NCBI RefSeq assembly: GCF_001194135.2
Contig: NC_068981.1
Location: forward strand, 3,619,985-3,668,525
DNA: 48,541 nucleotides
Direction of reading: 5' to 3'
DNA from: Octopus bimaculoides
Lineage: Eukaryota
This document shows positions 24,851-36,799 of the stretch, piece after piece. Under the pieces are notes generated by a model. The model did not search any database and was not told the origin of the DNA. It was given only the letters and a program-made list of their open reading frames with translations. The stretch's first letter is position 1, and each line of letters opens with the position of its first letter. Made by a program: the position numbers and the translations under genes.

Positions 24851-25554
24851 AATTATATATATTTATATGAGATAGTATGGATGGCGTATTTGATGGGGTT
24901 TTTTTTTGAAAATTTATTATATTGAACACATTATTGATTATTAAATTTTTTTTTTAAATTAATTTTAAGAGCAAATTTAAAGCTAGGTACATACTATATA
25001 AAAGTGCCAGTGTATTATTTTCAAAATTCCAATGAATCTAATTAAATTTGAATATACAAAGCAAAACAGAAAAGTTGTACAAAAGAAAAAAAGGAAAAAT
25101 TCAGTTAATAAATTAATCTACAACTTCCAACAAGAAAAGTGGTTCAAATGTTTGCAATAAAATGCCTTCTATCAAAACCCCCAAGGACTACATGGTGGTG
25201 TAAACCAGACATAAAGGTTATGTACCTCATCATCATCTCTTTCTTCTCAAAACCAATCAATAAGCAACAATAGAGGTTGTCTAATCTTTTCTCTAATGGT
25301 TCCTATAGAGGTGAACAACCAACCAATCAAATGTAATGTTCTGTGCCTTACCTTAATACTGAAATGTGAATGATAATGTCTTTATTGTAAAGAAATATTT
25401 TCTTCACATACTTCCCAATATATATTTCTTACTCCTTCTGTAAAGTTAGTAATAATAATTTCATATAATGTAACATTTAATAAAACCTAACTGCTTCATA
25501 CTGAAGAGATCCAACTAGGTCAAAATAGCAGCTGTATACGAATGTTAAAGATTC

Positions 25555-26176
25555 TGTGATTAAAGGAAAAATGGACAAGGAGAGCTGTGTAAAGAAGTGC
25601 CGATCTCTAACTGTGGAGGGAACCTGTGGTAGAGGTAGACCCAGGAAGATAAGATGAAGTGGTGAAGCATGATCTTTGAACTTTGAGCCTCACAGAGGCA
25701 ATGACTAATGACCAGGACCTCTGGCAATATGCTGTGCTTGAGAAGACCAGTCAAGCCAAGTGAAATCATAATAATGGCCGATGCTGGTGTCACGTAACTG
25801 GCACCCATGCTGGTGGCATGTAAAGAGCACCTTTCAAGTGTTGGGCTTCATGGAGACAAAGTAGCTGAGATCCTTTTCATTGTTGGGCCTCACAGAGGCA
25901 ATGACCGAGACCTTTGGCATTATGTCATGCTTGAGAAGAAGACCCATCAAGCCGATCAAAATCGCAGTCATGGCTGGCAGATACTGGTGTCCCACAAATC
26001 ATACCCATGCTGGTGTAAAAGCACCAATTACACTCTCAGAGTGGTTGGCGCTAGGAAGGGCATCCAGCCGTAGAAAACCATGCCAAATCAGACTGGAGTC
26101 TGGTGCAGCTTTCCAGCCCTAGTCAAGCTGTCCAACCCATGCCAGTATGGACTACGGATGCTAAATGATGATGATG
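25555..26176 (+). mobile_element. RTE LINE 3' fragment (ORF end plus 3'UTR)
   Basis: TCGRGRPRK...LTEAMT.D.DLW.YAVLEKT, partly duplicated internally; ends ATGATGATGATG. Confidence 0.85.
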
Positions 26177-26194
26177 ACACAAAGGGTGCCGGCA

Positions 26195-26345
26195 TGGATG
26201 TATGGTAAGAAGTTTGCTTCCCAAGGACATGGTTTTGTATTCAGTCCTATTGCGTGGACCCTTGAGCAAGTGCCTCTTACTATAGCCTTAGGCTGACCAA
26301 AGACTTGTGAGTAGATTTGGTAGACAGAAACTGAAAGAAGGCTGC

Positions 26346-26383
<38 letters not shown>

Positions 26384-26620
26384 TTTGTGTCTGTGTTGGA
26401 CAACACTTCACCACCACTACATCATGACAACAAGTGTGGGTATGTTTATGTCCCTGTAACTTAACAGTTTGGCAAAAAGAGATCGATAGAGTATGTACCA
26501 GGCTTGAAAAAAAAATTAGTCCTGGTTTCGATTCATTAAGTTGAAAATTCTTCATGGAAGTGCTCCAGCATGGCCACAGTCTAATGACTGAAACAAATAA
26601 AAGACAATGTAAAAGAAAAA
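26195..26620 (+). mobile_element. SINE family A, full length with internal (TG)n
   Basis: Head, CORE-like motif, microsatellite and tail are all present. Confidence 0.85.
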
Positions 26621-27523
26621 GGAATATGGCTTCTGGCAGGATGGTTTCCTCTCTCGCTTTAGAGTAACCAGTCACCTGAAAGTAAATATTTCCCAAAACG
26701 GTTCCACCTTGATATAACCATTTTTTTTGTCAATGTTCGATTTGTGTTTTTCTTTTTCCTTTAAAAGATTTCACACAAGTGATACGTAAAGTAAGTTGAA
26801 TCAATTACGTTTCCTTTCTGTTCCTTTCAAGTGATGACAGATCGCTTATAAATATTTATTTAAAATAAGTGATTCTGAATTATTAACACCATCCTGTCTA
26901 AGTGAAATAATATTACAAGAAATATTTGATTCTCTAAAATCATAATGATGATTGCATGACAACACTGATGACTACTAACTACCACTTCTACCACTACTTC
27001 TACTACTACCGCCAATGGCGTTCTCTTAATCCACTTTCCTTTGTACCTCTGTTACAGTCCATTTAATAGTAGGTGTCTTTCTTTTTAATTTATGTAATTC
27101 TGCCAACATTGGAACAAATCAACACTAACCATTTGATCTCCAATCATTCGGAAGACATTAGTCTTTGCCATTTTGGGCAAAATGTTATTTTTGTTGCTAT
27201 TTAGGCTCAAGTCAACCCTGATTTAAAAGAACATGATCAAAAAGCAGTCTACCCTTGACCATCCAGCCTTTCCCAGACACTATATGTCTACATAATAGGT
27301 AGTCTTAATGAATGGACAAAACACTAGGTAGTTGCTTAGGAGTCCTTTAGGTCAAGGGATCCAATACAATGTAGCTTTGCCAGGGGGCCTATATTGCTGT
27401 TGACACAACCCTTCATATAGGACTACATTCAACCATGTGGTTAAGATGTTCACTCTGCAATTATATGGTTCAGGGATCAATTTCACTGCATGGCACTTTG
27501 GGGAAGTATCTTCGAATCTATTC

Positions 27524-28753
27524 CATCTCAATCACAGATTTTTTAATTAATTTTTTTAACTAAACAGTTTGAAACTTCGAATTCTAGTAGAATTTCTCAT
27601 GTAGAACACAGTTTACTCTGAATGTTTTTGACAAAATTTCCTATTTTATAAGTTATTTTGTGCTAAAGTTGTCATGTTTGGGTAATTTCAACCAATCAAT
27701 GACGTGTATTTAGTTGCAGAAAGCTACTGCTGTTTGCGATAGTAATTAAAAAGGAACAACTTCCAGGTCATCTCTACTGAATGTCATCACTCTGTTCTAT
27801 TCGTCACCTTTATCCTTCCTTCTTTTCTAGTCAGCACCATGCATTCCTTACTCTTTCCCTCCCTCTATTCATCACTTTTATCCTGTCTTCCTTTCTAGTC
27901 AGCACCAAGCATTCCTTACTCTTTCCCTCCCTTATACACTATCAACTAGCAACCAGCAAGCAAACTTGTCAGTGCCACTAGAATTACCGTATTTTCTGGT
28001 GTATAAGCCGCTATTTGTTTTGTTTTACCTTCATGTTTCAATAATGTTATATTTGATGTAATAAAGACTTTTATATTTATTTCTTTATTGCCCACAGGTG
28101 GGGGCTAAACACAGAAGGGACAAACAAGGACAGACAAAGGGATTAAGTTGATTACATTGATCCTAGTGTGGTACTTATTTAATCGACCCTGAAAGGATGA
28201 AAGCAAAGTCGACCTTGGCAGAATTTGAACTCAGAATGTAACAGCAGATGAAATACTACGAAGCATTTTGCTCGGTGTGCTAACATTTCTGCCAGCTCGC
28301 CGCCTTAATAAAGACTTTTATATTGACAAAATGTGTTTGTTGTTGATTATAGTAAGATAGAATCGTGACAATAACAATACATCTCATAGTTGTAAAATAA
28401 AACATTTTGAAACTAAATACATTCATCAACAACAAAATAGTTAGCTGCGGACTCATTGTTCTGTGGTGTTGATTCTTCGAACAGAGTGGTGACATTTAGT
28501 AGAGATGACCTGGAAGTTGTTTTTCTCCGATTGTTATTGCAAACAGTAGTAACTTTCTTCAACCGAATACACGTCATTGATTGGTTGAAATTACCCAAAT
28601 ATGACAACTTTAAAACAAAATAACTTCTACAATAGGAAATTTTGCCAAAAACGTTCAGAGTAAACCGTGTTCTATGTGAGAAATTCTACCAGTATTCGAA
28701 GTCTCAAACTGTTTAGATAAAAAAGATTAATTGAAAAATCTGTGATTGAGATG
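27524..28753. mobile_element. Non-autonomous DNA transposon with ~275-bp terminal inverted repeats
   Basis: 27524-27798 is the reverse complement of 28479-28753 (CATCTCAATCACAGATTT...GGAACAACTTCCAGGTCATCTCTACT), roughly 80% identical. No transposase inside. Confidence 0.8.
28078..28305 (-). mobile_element. SINE family C with a perfect 19-bp TSD
   Basis: TAATAAAGACTTTTATATT at 28059-28077 and 28306-28324; the 5' end reads AAGGCGGCGAGCTGGCAGAA. Confidence 0.92.
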
Positions 28754-28764
28754 CATTTATACTC

Positions 28765-30130
28765 GTTTACTTGTTTCAGTCATTTGACAGCAACCATGCT
28801 GGAGCACCACCTTTAGTCGAACAAATCGACCCCAGGACTTATTCTATCGGTCTCTTTGTCGAACTGCTAAGTTATGGGAACGTAAACACACCGACATCAG
28901 TTGTCAAGCGATGGTGGGGAGACAAACACAGACGCACAAATACATACGTATATATATTTATATATCATCATCATCATCATCATCATCGTTTAACGTCCGC
29001 TTTCCATGCTAGCATGGGTTGGACGATTTGACTGAGGACTGGTGAAACCGGATGGCAACACCAGGCTCCAGTCTGATTTGGCAGAGTTTCTACAGCTGGA
29101 TGCCCTTCCTAACGCCAACCACTCAGAGAGTGTAGTGGGTGCTTTTACGTGTCACCCGNNNNNNNNNNNNNNNNNNNNNNNNNNNNNNNNNNNNNNNNNN
29201 NNNNNNNNNNNNNNNNNNNNNNNNNNNNNNNNNNNNNNNNNNNNNNNNNNNNNNNNNNNNNNNNNNNNNNNNNNNNNNNNNNNNNNNNNNNNNNNNNNNN
29301 NNNNNNNNNNNNNNNNNNNNNNNNNNNNNNNNNNNNNNNNNNNNNNNNNNNNNNNNNNNNNNNNNNNNNNNNNNNNNNNNNNNNNNNNNNNNNNNNNNNN
29401 NNNNNNNNNNNNNNNNNNNNNNNNNNNNNNNNNNNNNNNNNNNNNNNNNNNNNNNNNNNNNNNNNNNNNNNNNNNNNNNNNNNNNNNNNNNNNNNNNNNN
29501 NNNNNNNNNNNNNNNNNNNNNNNNNNNNNNNNNNNNNNNNNNNNNNNNNNNNNNNNNNNNNNNNNNNNNNNNNNNNNNNNNNNNNNNNNNNNNNNNNNNN
29601 NNNNNNNNNNNNNNNNNNNNNNNNNNNNNNNNNNNNNNNNNNNGTTCAGCTTTTCTCTCAAGATACTTACACTCTGACGGGTATTCACATTGACATTACA
29701 CATCCAACGGAGCATACTGGCTTCATTCCTTGCGAGCTTACGTATGTCCTCAGCAGTTACAGCCCATGTTTCACTGCCATGTAGCATGGTTGTTCGTACG
29801 CATGCGTCATACAGTCTGCCTTTTACTCTGAGTGAGAGTCCCTTTGTCGCCAGCAGGGGTAAGAGCTCTCTAAACTTTGCCCAGGCTATTCTTATTCTAG
29901 CAGCTACACTTTCAGCGCACCCACCCCCACTACTAACTTGGTCGCCCAGATAGCGGAAGCTATCGACTACCTCTACGATGGGCTTCTTTCAGTTGCCATC
30001 AACCAGATCCACTAACAAGGCTTTAATCAGTTCAAGGCTACAGAAGAAGACACTTGTCGAGGGTGCCATGCAGTGGGACTGAACCTGGAACCATGTAGTT
30101 GGGAAGCAAACTTCTTACCACACAGCTACT
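28765..30130 (-). mobile_element. SINE family A split by a co-oriented 5'-truncated RTE (about 28966-29985; gap 29159-29643)
   Basis: The SINE head ends GAAGCCCATCGTA and joins RTE ORF EVVDSFRYLGDQ...MLHGSETWAVT...MLRWMCNV; (CAT)n tail at 28966. Confidence 0.85.
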
Positions 30131-30609
30131 CCTAGATAGATAGATACATACATACGTACATACATACACTTATATACACATACATGTATATGGACAACGT
30201 ACATTAAATGATGATGTATGTGCATACACATATGCATATGTACACACACACATATACTTAGATACATACACACATACATAAATACATACATAGACACATA
30301 TCAATCACATTTCTCACTCGTAGTATTTTCTGTTATTGATCGTCTATTTTTAATACATATTGAATCGGTGCAAAGAAAGTAACCACAAAAACTATATCAA
30401 AGAATATATTGAAAAAGGCTTCATCAATTTTTTGTTTTTTGTTTTTCCTTGCTGTATTCTTTCTATTTTAGACATCATAAATGCCAAAGAAACTTGTTAC
30501 CATTCTTCTTGGTGCGAACAGAAATAATGAAGTCTTTTACGATATTATCCGATGATGGCAAACACAAAGACCCATAGCAAAGTATTGACATGAGAGGTGA
30601 ATAACACAA

Positions 30610-30612
30610 TCA

Positions 30613-30646
<34 letters not shown>

Positions 30647-30951
30647 CATTCACATATACACACACAAACACACAGACTAACATTCACATACACACACACG
30701 CACTAACATTCAGATACACACACACAAACATTCACACAAACACACACACACACTAACGTTCACACACACACACTAACATTTACACACAGACACTAACATT
30801 CATACAAAAACACACACACACACATACATGTACTGAGTGACACATACAAACACACGTGTGAGCTGTGTGTGTGTTAGACTAAAAACAAGACCTTTAGTTA
30901 TAGTTTTCACTCTACGCTTTTTTAAAATTATATTTTCGGAGTTACTGTTCA

Positions 30952-31022
<71 letters not shown>

Positions 31023-31214
31023 NNNNNNNNNNNNNNNNNNNNNNNNNNNNNNNNNNNNNNNNNNNNNNNNNNNNNNNNNNNNNNNNNNNNNNNNNNNNNN
31101 NNNNNNNNNNNNNNNNNNNNNNNNNNNNNNNNNNNNNNNNNNNNNNNNNNNNNNNNNNNNNNNNNNNNNNNNNNNNNNNNNNNNNNNNNNNNNNNNNNNN
31201 NNNNNNNNNNNNNN

Positions 31215-31259
<45 letters not shown>

Positions 31260-31290
31260 CACACACACACACACACACACACATGCACAT
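30610..31290. repeat. (CA)n-derived minisatellite (ACACTAACATTCAC units) and (CA)n runs around a gap
   Basis: Direct. Confidence 0.85.
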
Positions 31291-31304
31291 GATACATATA
31301 GCTG

Positions 31305-31495
31305 GATGTTAGTTTGAGCCAAGGTTCATTTGAGCTGGTCTTTAAAACAGAATTTTGGGACTCCCCTGGGTCTTGTTCAGATTGCAGGTTCTCCATAGAG
31401 CATGATCCTTGGGAGACAAAGGGGCTCCATATGCTGGACGTGACCTGCCCAGTGGAGACGATGGTGAAGAATGATGGAGAATGGTGGCTTTGATA
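31305..31495 (-). mobile_element. RTE/BovB-like LINE C-terminal fragment
   Basis: Hand translation RLHWAGHVQHMEPLCLPRIMLYGE...RPRGVPKFCFKDQLK matches the RTE-clade RLRWAGHV...LPK.LLYGEL...PK.RFKD motif. Confidence 0.75.
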
Positions 31496-32062
31496 CATAT
31501 GAATATGATATTCATTGATATGTATCTTGCATGCATATATACAAACATCCATACAGATATACACACACATACATACACACACATATACATACATGCATGC
31601 ATGCATACGTAAGCTGTCCCTCGTATCGATGTTGACTGCTCTGTTCAGACTTCTGTGAAACAAAACATCTTGGACAGTGAGCAAGGCTGGTGACATTGTC
31701 GTCCCCCACCAGACTGCCTCTCTGGACTTCCATACCAGGTACCAAGACTGCAACAAAAGTGCAACATCTATGGTCATTGATGAGGCTGCCCCACAGCTAG
31801 TTGATGCCAAACCATTGTTTGATATGGTTACAGATCTTGCACTTGGCCACAGTCACCTTCATGTCATTGGTTTGGGACTCCTCCACCTTTATGGAAGACT
31901 AAAAACAAACAACACCACCAGTATGACAGTGGTGTTCATTTACAACCATCATGTGACATTAAAACAGGAGCAAATACAAACACACACATATAACAACATG
32001 AACAACAATGGAGAAAATCCTATCTTTAATACAGTTCTATATTTAAGAGATGAGGAATTATG

Positions 32063-32372
32063 TACATTATTTATATTGTTTACATTTTACGGATATTTGT
32101 CCTCATCTTCTTTGTTGTTAACATGTTTCAGCTGATGTACTCTTCATCCTTCATCAGGTGTCTTGGGGAAATTTCGAACCTGGGTTCTCATTCCTAAGGT
32201 ATTTTTCGATGTTGTTATTATTATTATTATTATTNNNNNNNNNNNNNNNNNNNNNNNNNNNNNNNNNNNNNNNNNNNNNNNNNNNNNNNNNNNNNNNNNN
32301 NNNNNNNNNNNNNNNNNNNNNNNNNNNNNNNNNNNNNNNNNNNNNNNNNNCCTGCTCTTAACCACAACATGC
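32063..32372 (-). mobile_element. tRNA-headed, hammerhead-containing SINE, left (more decayed) copy; middle lost in gap 32236-32350
   Basis: Reverse complement of 32373-32666, including AAAAATACCTTAGGAATGAGAACCCAGGTT and CTGATGA...GAAAC. Confidence 0.8.
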
Positions 32373-32439
32373 ATATGGTGTAGTGGTTAAGAGCATGAGC
32401 TACTAACCCCAAGATTCCGAGTTCGATTCCAGGCAGTGA

Positions 32440-32470
<31 letters not shown>

Positions 32471-32666
32471 GATAATAATAATAATAATAATAACAACAAC
32501 AACAACAACATTGAAAAATACCTTAGGAATGAGAACCCAGGTTCAAAATTTCAAAATTTCCCCAAGACATCTGATGAAGGCTGGAAGGTATATCAGCCGA
32601 AACGTTGTGTTAACAACAAACAAGATGAGGACAAATATCAGACAAATGTAAATAATGTAAATAATG
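32373..32666 (+). mobile_element. tRNA-headed, hammerhead-containing SINE, right copy
   Basis: A-box TGGTGTAGTGG (32376-32386), B-box GAGTTCGATTCC (32419-32430), (AAT)n/(AAC)n spacer, hammerhead core, then tail (AAATAATGT)x2. Confidence 0.8.
32566..32611 (+). ncRNA. Minimal type I hammerhead ribozyme (Penelope-type, palindromic helix III)
   Basis: Stem I GACAU/GUGUU; core CUGAUGA (32571-32577) plus an extra A; stem II GGCUG/CAGCC; GAAA (32599-32602); helix III palindrome AACGUU; predicted cleavage after GUU at 32606. Confidence 0.7.
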
Positions 32667-32949
32667 ATCACATCTTTAGTTGATGATTACACCCAAACAT
32701 TACTGACTATCATTTCTATTGTGCCAGCTTATTTAAATAAAGAAAAACGGTTAAACCAATACATCCAACAAATTATGCTAACACAATCGGATTAAGATAA
32801 TCCCAAACAGGTTAAACTGAAAATGAACTGAAATGATATCTTGAATACATCAACACAAAACGAATTCCATTTCAATGTATTTGTATTGGATTGATTGATA
32901 TAGTTAACCAAATTCATTCGACTGAGTACTTTCCAGATATCTTCTAGGC

Positions 32950-33145
32950 ACAAGTCCCGGAATTTTGGGGGGAGAGGGGGGTGCAGTCGATTAGATCAAC
33001 TCCAGTATGCAACTGGTACTTAATTTATCAACCTTGAAAGGGTGACAGGCAAAGTCGACCTCGGTGGAATTTGAACTCAGAACATAAAGACAGATGAAAT
33101 ACCACTAAGCATTTCGCCCACCGTGCTAATGATTCTGCCACCTTG
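32950..33145 (-). mobile_element. SINE family C
   Basis: GGCAAAGTCGACCTCGGTGGAATTTGAACTCAGAAC shared with the other copies. Confidence 0.8.
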
Positions 33146-33187
33146 CTGCCTTTCTGGATTTAGTAATCTCTTTTACCTCTTGTTACG

Positions 33188-33218
<31 letters not shown>

Positions 33219-33571
33219 ATGTGTGTTTGTGTATGTGTGTTTGTGTGTGTGTGCGTGTATGTGTGTGTGCTTGTGTGTTTGTGTACGTGTGTGTGTGTGA
33301 TAGATAGCTAGATATAGGTATAGATACTATGCATGCAAAGAACTTCTTTCAGCTGCTATCTACCACGTCCACTCACATGGCTTTGGTCAGCCCTGGGCTA
33401 ACGTAGAAGGTAACTGCCCAAGGCATCATTCAGTGAGATTGAAACCAAAGCAACATGGTCAAAAAGCAAGTTTAAAAAAAAAAATATTTGTAAATGCATT
33501 GAAATAAAATTAGTCATTGAGATTTGATTGGCTAAGCAAAATCTGTGGCAAGTGTGTCAGACATTCATCTT

Positions 33572-34746
33572 CAAGGTGGCATCAAAAGGTTCCCAGACCA
33601 GTTATATTTAGAAATAATACATTTCTAAATCTCTCAGAGAGATTTATGCAGTAGTGATACGATGAAGTAGTTGTATGCTATCAACTTAATGTGACAGTCC
33701 CATGAAGGGAATAATACTACTGTTGGTCAGAACTAGGAAGCTGCACTGCTTCCTGTCAGCCTAGACACATTTCCTGTGTTCTTGTAAATATAAGGTCTAA
33801 CCAACAGTAGTATTATTCCCTTCAGGGGACTGTCACATTAAGTTGACAGCATACAACTACTAGTTATGCTTAATACAAAATAACTTCTTTACCTAAGTTT
33901 TAACATTCTCTCCTTTGAAATAGTCACCTTGTGCAGCTACACACCGGTCCCAGCGTTCCTGCCACTTCTGGAATCTGATCTAGAAGTCGTTTTCCGTAAT
34001 TGAGTCAAGGACATTTTGTGATTCACTCTGGATTTCAACAATAATGTTAAAATGGTGACCTTTAAGGTGCATTTTCATCTTGGGAAAGGGATGGAAGTCC
34101 ACAGGTGATAAATCTGGTGAATAGGGCAGGTGCAGAAGTGGTACCATGTTGTTTTTGGTGAGAAACTCACAAGTGAGGAGATCTCAGTGAAAAATCCAAT
34201 TCTTCATGCTCCACAGATCCGGTCACTTCCGTTGAATGTCCTTCGTCAAATGCTTCAAAATGTCCCAATGGAACTCTCGACTGATGGTCTGGCCCTGAGA
34301 GATGAATTCTTGATGCACAATACCACATTTCCAGCAAGGGTGACACTTGAGGCAGGTCTTCCAGATCGCTTATCATCTTCCAGGGTTGTTCTTCTGCTTC
34401 TGAAATGCCTGTGCCACTTAAAATACTGCGTACAACCCATGGCTACGTACACATAAGTTTTCCAAAGCATGCTCAATGTCTCTGTAGCAGACCTCCCAAG
34501 TTTCACACAAAATTTCACACTGGCTCTTTCTTCCAACTTCCTGTCCATAACCAAATCACAGACTACAGCATACACATGATCACAAAAACACAAATTTCAC
34601 AACTTGCAAAGTGAACATAGCAATGTCACTCTGCACCACTGCCTCGTGAAGATCACTACTAGGTCTCACTGTGCAAACAACAACAATGTGCTGCCATCTA
34701 GTGGCGCACTACAGAACTAGTCTGGGCACTTTTTGATACCACTTTA
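33572..34746 (-). mobile_element. mariner-family transposon, internally deleted, with a nested foldback element
   Basis: N-terminus ERASVKFCVKLG.SATET...W...F...R..LED..RSGRP; C-terminus KMKMHLKG.HF...WQERWDRCVAAQGDYFKG; ~30-bp TIRs A(A/G)GTGG.ATCAAAA.GT.CCCAGAC at both ends. Confidence 0.85.
33609..33861. mobile_element. Foldback/MITE-like palindromic element, copy 1 (hairpin tip deleted)
   Basis: Arms GAAGTAGTTGTATGCT.TCAACTTAA.GTGACAGTCCC, same as the 47245 copy. Confidence 0.8.
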
Positions 34747-34789
34747 TATTTAGTTGTCATGTGCAGAACACAGGATGTATTGATATATT

Positions 34790-35350
34790 CTTTTGCAGAA
34801 GCACATCCAGCAGGAATATTTAGCAATCGAACCTGGATTACTATATCCGATGCAAAAAAATAAATAAATAAATAAAACAATTCAAGAATGTGATTGTGAT
34901 TCACTAGAAAATTACCAATATCATTAAAAAAATCTGACCATTCAAGACTTTGTGAGGAACTGGGCCTAACAAGAAATTCATCTTGGTGTGCTTGTTCTGA
35001 CCAAGATCAATACTATATATTCATTGCACTTTAGCCACCCCAGGCAGAAACCAAACAATGCAGCAGACAGTAGCAAAACCAGCAGCAGACCAGAGTACTG
35101 TGACAGCACAAAAACAATAGATGGTGGCAACAGCAACAGCCAATGATCAGCTAACATCAAGAGACTCACAACATACCATACCTAATTCAAGAACAATAAG
35201 CTCTGACAGAAACACACAAATATTCAAGAACAATAAGCTTTGTTTCAAGAACAATAAGCTTTGAACTATGTCTGTGTTTCTCATTTTTTGTTTATGATAA
35301 AAATAAATATCTTTTTAATCAAAAATCTCAAACAGATTTCAGTGTTTTTT
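34790..35350. repeat. Unclassified ~550-bp interspersed repeat, copy 1
   Basis: Collinear with 45545-46460 (CAGCAGGAATATTT...CAGCAGACAGTAGCA.AACCAGCAGCAGACCAGAGT...AAAAATCTCAAACAGA). Confidence 0.7.
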
Positions 35351-35714
35351 ATTGTAACAAACATAATATTTCCTTGTCTTCAGTATTACATTTATAGAAT
35401 ACATTAATGCAAGGAAGATGGTTATTGTCAATGAAGTTTTAATGTAGATGAGTAACTGAATGTAAATGTTGTTTTGAATAGGGTGTCCATCTTTTATGGT
35501 AAATTCATTATGTGGAAAATAAACTATATTAACAGTTTGGTATTTAGAAATTAGTCAGCAAGAATCTTCCATTTTCTATAGAGGCTAATTGGAGATTAAA
35601 ATTTCTCAGAGACACAAATGTCGTAACCTTTGCATCCATTAATGGAGGGAGATGTTTGGCTTTATAATTTTTAATATTATTCCAAGCTTATAAAGTGGTT
35701 TGTGTTAAGAAGGG

Positions 35715-36031
35715 AATCCAGCAGTAAAAACCATGTCAATGCAGACAGTAGAGTCTAGCAGAGTCTTCTGACTTGCCAGCTCCAATCCGACCCATACCAG
35801 CATGGAAAACAGGCATTAAATGAAGATGATGATCATCATCCTTTACTTTTACTCTTTTACTTGTTTCAGTCATTTGACTGCAGCCATGCTGGAGCACAGC
35901 CTTTAGTCGAGCAAATCGACCCCAGGACTTATTCTTTGGGAGCCTAGTACTTATTCTATCGGTCTCTTTTGCCGAACCGCTAAGTTACGGGGACATAAAC
36001 ACACCAGCATCGGTTGTCAAGCGATGTTGGG
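35715..36031. mobile_element. RTE tail (+) abutting a SINE family A tail (-), then gap 36032-36420
   Basis: CCAGCATGGAAAACAGGCATTAAATGAAGATGATG followed by TTTTACTTGTTTCAGTCATTTGACTG. Confidence 0.75.
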
Positions 36032-36420
36032 NNNNNNNNNNNNNNNNNNNNNNNNNNNNNNNNNNNNNNNNNNNNNNNNNNNNNNNNNNNNNNNNNNNNN
36101 NNNNNNNNNNNNNNNNNNNNNNNNNNNNNNNNNNNNNNNNNNNNNNNNNNNNNNNNNNNNNNNNNNNNNNNNNNNNNNNNNNNNNNNNNNNNNNNNNNNN
36201 NNNNNNNNNNNNNNNNNNNNNNNNNNNNNNNNNNNNNNNNNNNNNNNNNNNNNNNNNNNNNNNNNNNNNNNNNNNNNNNNNNNNNNNNNNNNNNNNNNNN
36301 NNNNNNNNNNNNNNNNNNNNNNNNNNNNNNNNNNNNNNNNNNNNNNNNNNNNNNNNNNNNNNNNNNNNNNNNNNNNNNNNNNNNNNNNNNNNNNNNNNNN
36401 NNNNNNNNNNNNNNNNNNNN

Positions 36421-36465
<45 letters not shown>

Positions 36466-36799
36466 TGTGTTCTGCATACAGGAAGATGAAATGAGACGTG
36501 TTTTCTAATGACTTTTGGTTGCCAATCAAATTTTCATGTCTAATCATTTCTCCATGTGCTTACGAATATTTTTGCTTCTATATTGTTAAGCTACTTCAAT
36601 CCATTCAATTGTTTGAATATTGACAACGTGAAACTCAGAGTCATGCTTTAATAAGTTCCAGCTACTAACACACACACACACACACACACGTCAATAGTTC
36701 TTTTTCCATTTCTTCTTCTTCGTTCCTCAGCTTTTATATACTGCCAAGTCTAGAAACAACATTACTTTCACTCAATACATCATTTCTTCCTCATACACA

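Noticed and set aside
30470-30590. Strong plus-strand acceptors at about 30470 (and about 42928) as exons
   Set aside because: T-rich tracts are common here, all frames stop soon after, and no consistent gene model results.
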